Positions 60,228 to 64,000 of a stretch of DNA of 64,000 bases are shown here, one piece after another. The notes below the pieces were generated by a model. The model saw only the letters and a list, made by a program, of their open reading frames with translations. It searched no databases and was not told where the DNA came from. The position numbers were made by a program, and so were the translations under genes. Source of the stretch: Dendrobates tinctorius (lineage: Eukaryota); the NCBI RefSeq assembly GCF_039654945.1, contig NW_027361684.1:65162001-65226000 (forward strand), written 5' to 3'. How positions within the stretch are numbered: position 1 is the stretch's first letter; each line of letters starts with the position of its first letter.

Positions 60228-63200
60228 GTTACATAGTTACATGGGTTGAAAATCAAGTTTAACCTCTCCCCACCAATTAAACATTTTGTCACTAAATTAT
60301 CTATAACCCTTAATGTTATGTGCATTGAGGAAATCATCCAACAGCTGTTATAGTTTCTGCCATTACTACCGTTTGTGGTAGAGAATTCGACAATCTCTCT
60401 GCTCTAACTGTAAAGAACCCTTTCCTATTTAGCTGCCGGAATCACCTTTCTTCCACTCGTATTGCGTGCCCCCTGGTCCTTATTATGGCCTTTGGAAGGC
60501 ATGAGTCATGTACAAGTCCTCTGTACTGACCACACATACAGCTCTGGCTAAAATTAAGAGACCACTGCACAGTTTTATAAAAATCTACATGTCTGACAGC
60601 CATTCCATTCCAGTTGAATTCCAACCAGAGTACACCTCATTCTACTTAATGTGCTTCTGATTAGGTGATCACCTGAACCAAATCTTATTTAACGAAGGAA
60701 AGTATAAAAAAAACCCTGCTGTGGTGTTCACAATCCTTTTGCAATAAGACAAGCTGGATGGCAAAACAATTGCTAGTAATATCCCAAAAGTAATAGGAAT
60801 GAAAAAATAACTTTTAACCATGCCAAAGGAGTTGAAAAGAAAAGTTTTGAGTGAGAAAAAGAAGGGCTCAATTCTGGCTTTACTAGCAGAGGGATAGAGT
60901 GAACGTCATGTTGCCTCCATCCTTAAAATTTCTAAGACGGCAGTCCATTACAACAAGGTCAAGCAGCAGCAGACGTAGGGGACAACAAAGCTACAGACCA
61001 GCAGAGAGCAAAAACGACTCTCCACTGACCGGGATGACCGTCATCTTATTCGAATGTCACTCAGCAACCGTAGGATGACATCAATTGACCTACAAAAGGA
61101 ATGGCAAATGGCAGCTGGGGTGAAGTGTATGGCAAGAACAGTTCGTAACAGGCTCCTAGAGGCGGGCTCAAGTCATGTAAAGCTAGAAAAAAGCCTTTCA
61201 TCAATGAGAAGCAAAGGAGAGCCAGGCGGAAGTTTGCCAAAGACCATCAGGATTGGACCATAGAGGACTGGAGTAAGGTAATCTTCTCCGATGAGTCTAA
61301 TTTTCAGCTTTTCCCAACACCTGGTCGTCTAATGGTTAGACAGAAACCTGTAGAGACATACAAGCCACAGTGTCTTCCACCCACTGTGAAATTTGGTGGA
61401 AGATCAGTGATTATCTGGGGATGCTTCAGCAAGGCTAGAATAGGGGAAGTTATTCTTTGCAAAGGATGTATGAATCAAGCCAAATACAAGGTTATCCTGG
61501 AAAAGCAGGTGATTCCTTCTGCTCGGGCAATGTTCCCCAACTCTGAGGACTGGTTTTTCCAGCAGGACAATGTGCCATACCACACATCTTAGTCAATGTG
61601 TGGATGAAGGACCACGACATTAAATCCCTGTCAAGGCCAGCCCAATCTCCAGACCTGAACCCCATTGAAGACCTCTGGAATGTAATCAAGAGGAAGATGG
61701 ATAGTCAAAGCCATCAAACAAAGAAGAACTTCTTAAATGTTTCTACCAGAAGTTGCATAAGGTCACCCAAAAGCAGTGTGAAAGACTGGTGGAAAGCATG
61801 CCAAGACGCATGAAAGCTGTGATTAAAAATCATGGTTATTCCAAAAAATAATGATTTCTGAAATCTTCCTGAGTTAAAACATTAGTATTGTTGTTTCTAA
61901 ATGATTATGAACTTTTTTTCTTTCGCATTATTTGAGGTTTGCAAGCACTGCATTTTTTTGTTCTTTTGACCATTTCTCATTTTCTGAAAATAAATACAAA
62001 ATTTAGAGCTTAGAAATTTGGAGACATGTTGTCAGAAGTTTATAGAATAAAAGCGCAATTTACATTTTACTCAAAAAATACCTATAAAGACAAAAATCAG
62101 ACAAACTGAAAATTTTGCAGTGGTCTCTTAATTTTTGCCAGAGCTGTATGTTTCTACATGTAAATAAGATCTCCTCTGAGGGGTCTTTTTACTAAGCAAG
62201 CCCAATTTTTCCAACCTCTTATCATATGAGAGGCCTTCCATCTTTTGTAATAATGTATATGCTCGCCTTTGAGCTGACGAACTTCTGAATATTCTTTTTA
62301 AAATGTGGAGCCCAAAATTGGATCCCATATTCTAGATGTGGCCTCACCAGTGATTTATAAAAGGGTAACAATATGCTGGCATCTCTGGATTTTATCTATC
62401 TTTTTATATACCCTAAAATCATGTTTGCTTTTGCGGCTGCTGCTTGACATTGAGTACGACTGCTCAGTTTACTTGTAACCAGAATACCAAAGTCCTTCTC
62501 CTGTTCTGTAGTCCCAAGTATGGTCCCATTTAATGTATATGTAGTAAAAGGATTACTCCGTCCTAGGTGCATTACTTTACATTTATCTTCATTAAATCTC
62601 ATTTGCCCAGTGTTTGCCCATTCAGTCATCTTATTCAGATTGTTTTGCAATATTGTAATGTCAAGGTAAGATTTTAAGATCCTGCGCACTGTGTTGCATT
62701 TTTGTGTGCTGGGCGCAGCGCCAGCAAAATCATACCAGCGCACGGTCAGCGTACTCAATGCTAAGTATAGGGTATGCTGATCGCATGCAGCGGCATGCGA
62801 TCCTAGGAGGAGCTGAATGGAGGGGGCACGGCCGGGGGCGGAGCTAAGCAGTGGCCCTGCGCTGCACCCGAGAACACTAGTGTGAAACTAGCCTAAGGCT
62901 GTTATGTGGTACAGGTATCAAATGCATTTTCAAAGTCCAGATAAATCACATCAGCTGCATTACCTACATCCAGATTTGCACTTACCTCCTCATAGAAACC
63001 CAATATGTTGGTTAGACACAACATGAATCCATGCTGGTCGTCATTTATTATATTATTCTCTACAATATATTTCTGTAGGTCATCTCTTATAATGCCCTCA
63101 AAAACTTTGCACACTACTGATGTCAGACTTATCAGACAGTAGTTGCATGGATCCACTTTCTTACCTCTCTTAAATATCGGTACCACATCAGCCATCCTCC

Positions 63201-63400
63201 AATCTTGTGACATCACCTCTGCTACAAGAGAGTCAAAGAATATGAAATAATATGAAATACAGCGGTCTGTCAATTCCCTCAATATCCATGGATGAATGCC
63301 AACTGGGTCGGGAGATTTGTCAATGCTTGGGGAGAGGGGGGGATTTTTCAAGCTCACCACGCCATGTTATTCGATATTGGAGGCTGAAATCTGTGTGTCG
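60228..63400 (-). mobile_element. Old CR1 LINE (minus strand), split by a Tc1 and a MITE
   Basis: Minus-strand DKSPDP, VVPIFKRG, QHGF, IYLDFENAFD, MRFNEDKCKVMHLG and EKLGL motifs; 3' tail of ATGTAAC-type repeats at 60228-60243; many disablements. Confidence 0.85.
60539..62146 (+). mobile_element. Complete Tc1-like transposon with disabled transposase
   Basis: TA TSD on both sides, ~31-bp TIRs CAGCTCTGGC.AAAATTAAGAGACCACTGCA; FSDES, FQQDN and SPDLNPIEDLW motifs; stops and frameshifts. Confidence 0.92.
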
Positions 63401-63499
63401 GGTGCAGGTCCTGCTGGTGAAGCTCAGCCAAAGGTTGAAGGAAAGGAAATAAGTGGCACAACCGTCCACAATATGTAAAAATTTAGTTCATGCTTTTTT

Positions 63500-63830
63500 C
63501 AAGATTTATTAAAAACATGGAATCCAAAAAATATAGATAAAAAGGTTTTTATTTATATTTTTGGATTCCATGTTTTTAAAGACGATAATAAGATAATAAT
63601 AGAGGGCAGGGAAAAGGCAATGATGTTAAATAGGCACCTTTCATCCATGTTCACCAATGAACTGTCTGCTCGATGGTTCAAAGTTCATCGCCTGATATAA
63701 CTAGTTTAATACAAGAAGTACGTCTGCGTTAGAGCAAATTAAACACTGACAAATCTCCAACGCGTTATGTGGTATTTCCTGACAAAGGGGGCATGGGATC
63801 CCCGAAACGTGTTGAATAAACCACTGTGAA
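63500..63830 (+). mobile_element. Penelope-like remnant with a decayed minimal hammerhead motif
   Basis: ~35-bp-arm palindrome 63509-63580; CTGACAA-GGGG..CCCC-GAAACGTGTT with flanking helix I at 63769-63824. Confidence 0.5.
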
Positions 63831-64000
63831 CCTGTAACATTCTCCTGGAATTGTTCCTTGCGGCAGCGCGGAGTTTACCACAAATTCCCATTGATCATAT
63901 AATTTGTAGTGTTCATAGCCTTCAAGATTTTGAATGCCCTTTGTTTTTGTCTTAAAAAACCTTGTACTGTATTATTTATCCATAATGGTTCCTTTTTATT

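Noticed and set aside
1-64000. rRNA, tRNA, operons or prokaryotic defence systems
   Set aside because: None recognised; the content is spliceosomal exons plus eukaryotic transposons

Overview
Eukaryotic, repeat-dominated vertebrate DNA; the transposon repertoire suggests an anuran amphibian (inference). No prokaryotic system, CRISPR array, rRNA or tRNA is seen. The backbone is a + strand class I cytokine-receptor alpha-chain gene (CSF2RA/IL3RA/IL5RA/IL13RA group) that the ORF track misses. Six coding exons (3100-3178, 13062-13219, 19168-19309, 26964-27075, 27156-27331, 30605-30735) splice in frame into 266 codons: signal peptide, N-terminal FN3-like domain, the four-cysteine D2 domain and the first half of D3. 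The WSXWS, transmembrane and cytoplasmic exons were not found in the remaining 33 kb. Introns are filled with nested mobile elements. These include a full-length but disabled Tf1/sushi-type chromoviral Ty3/Gypsy (4195-9778, with a duplicated frameshift pseudoknot) and an apparently intact autonomous hAT (46306-53904; perfect TIRs, 8-bp TSD, 1178-aa transposase, two internal satellite arrays). Also present are solo LTRs, Tc1 elements, CR1 and L2 LINE fragments, TTAA-flanked non-autonomous elements carrying telomere-like repeats, palindromic MITEs, a possible DIRS/Ngaro-derived element and Penelope-like remnants with a decayed hammerhead ribozyme. Family names come from motif recognition, not database searches.
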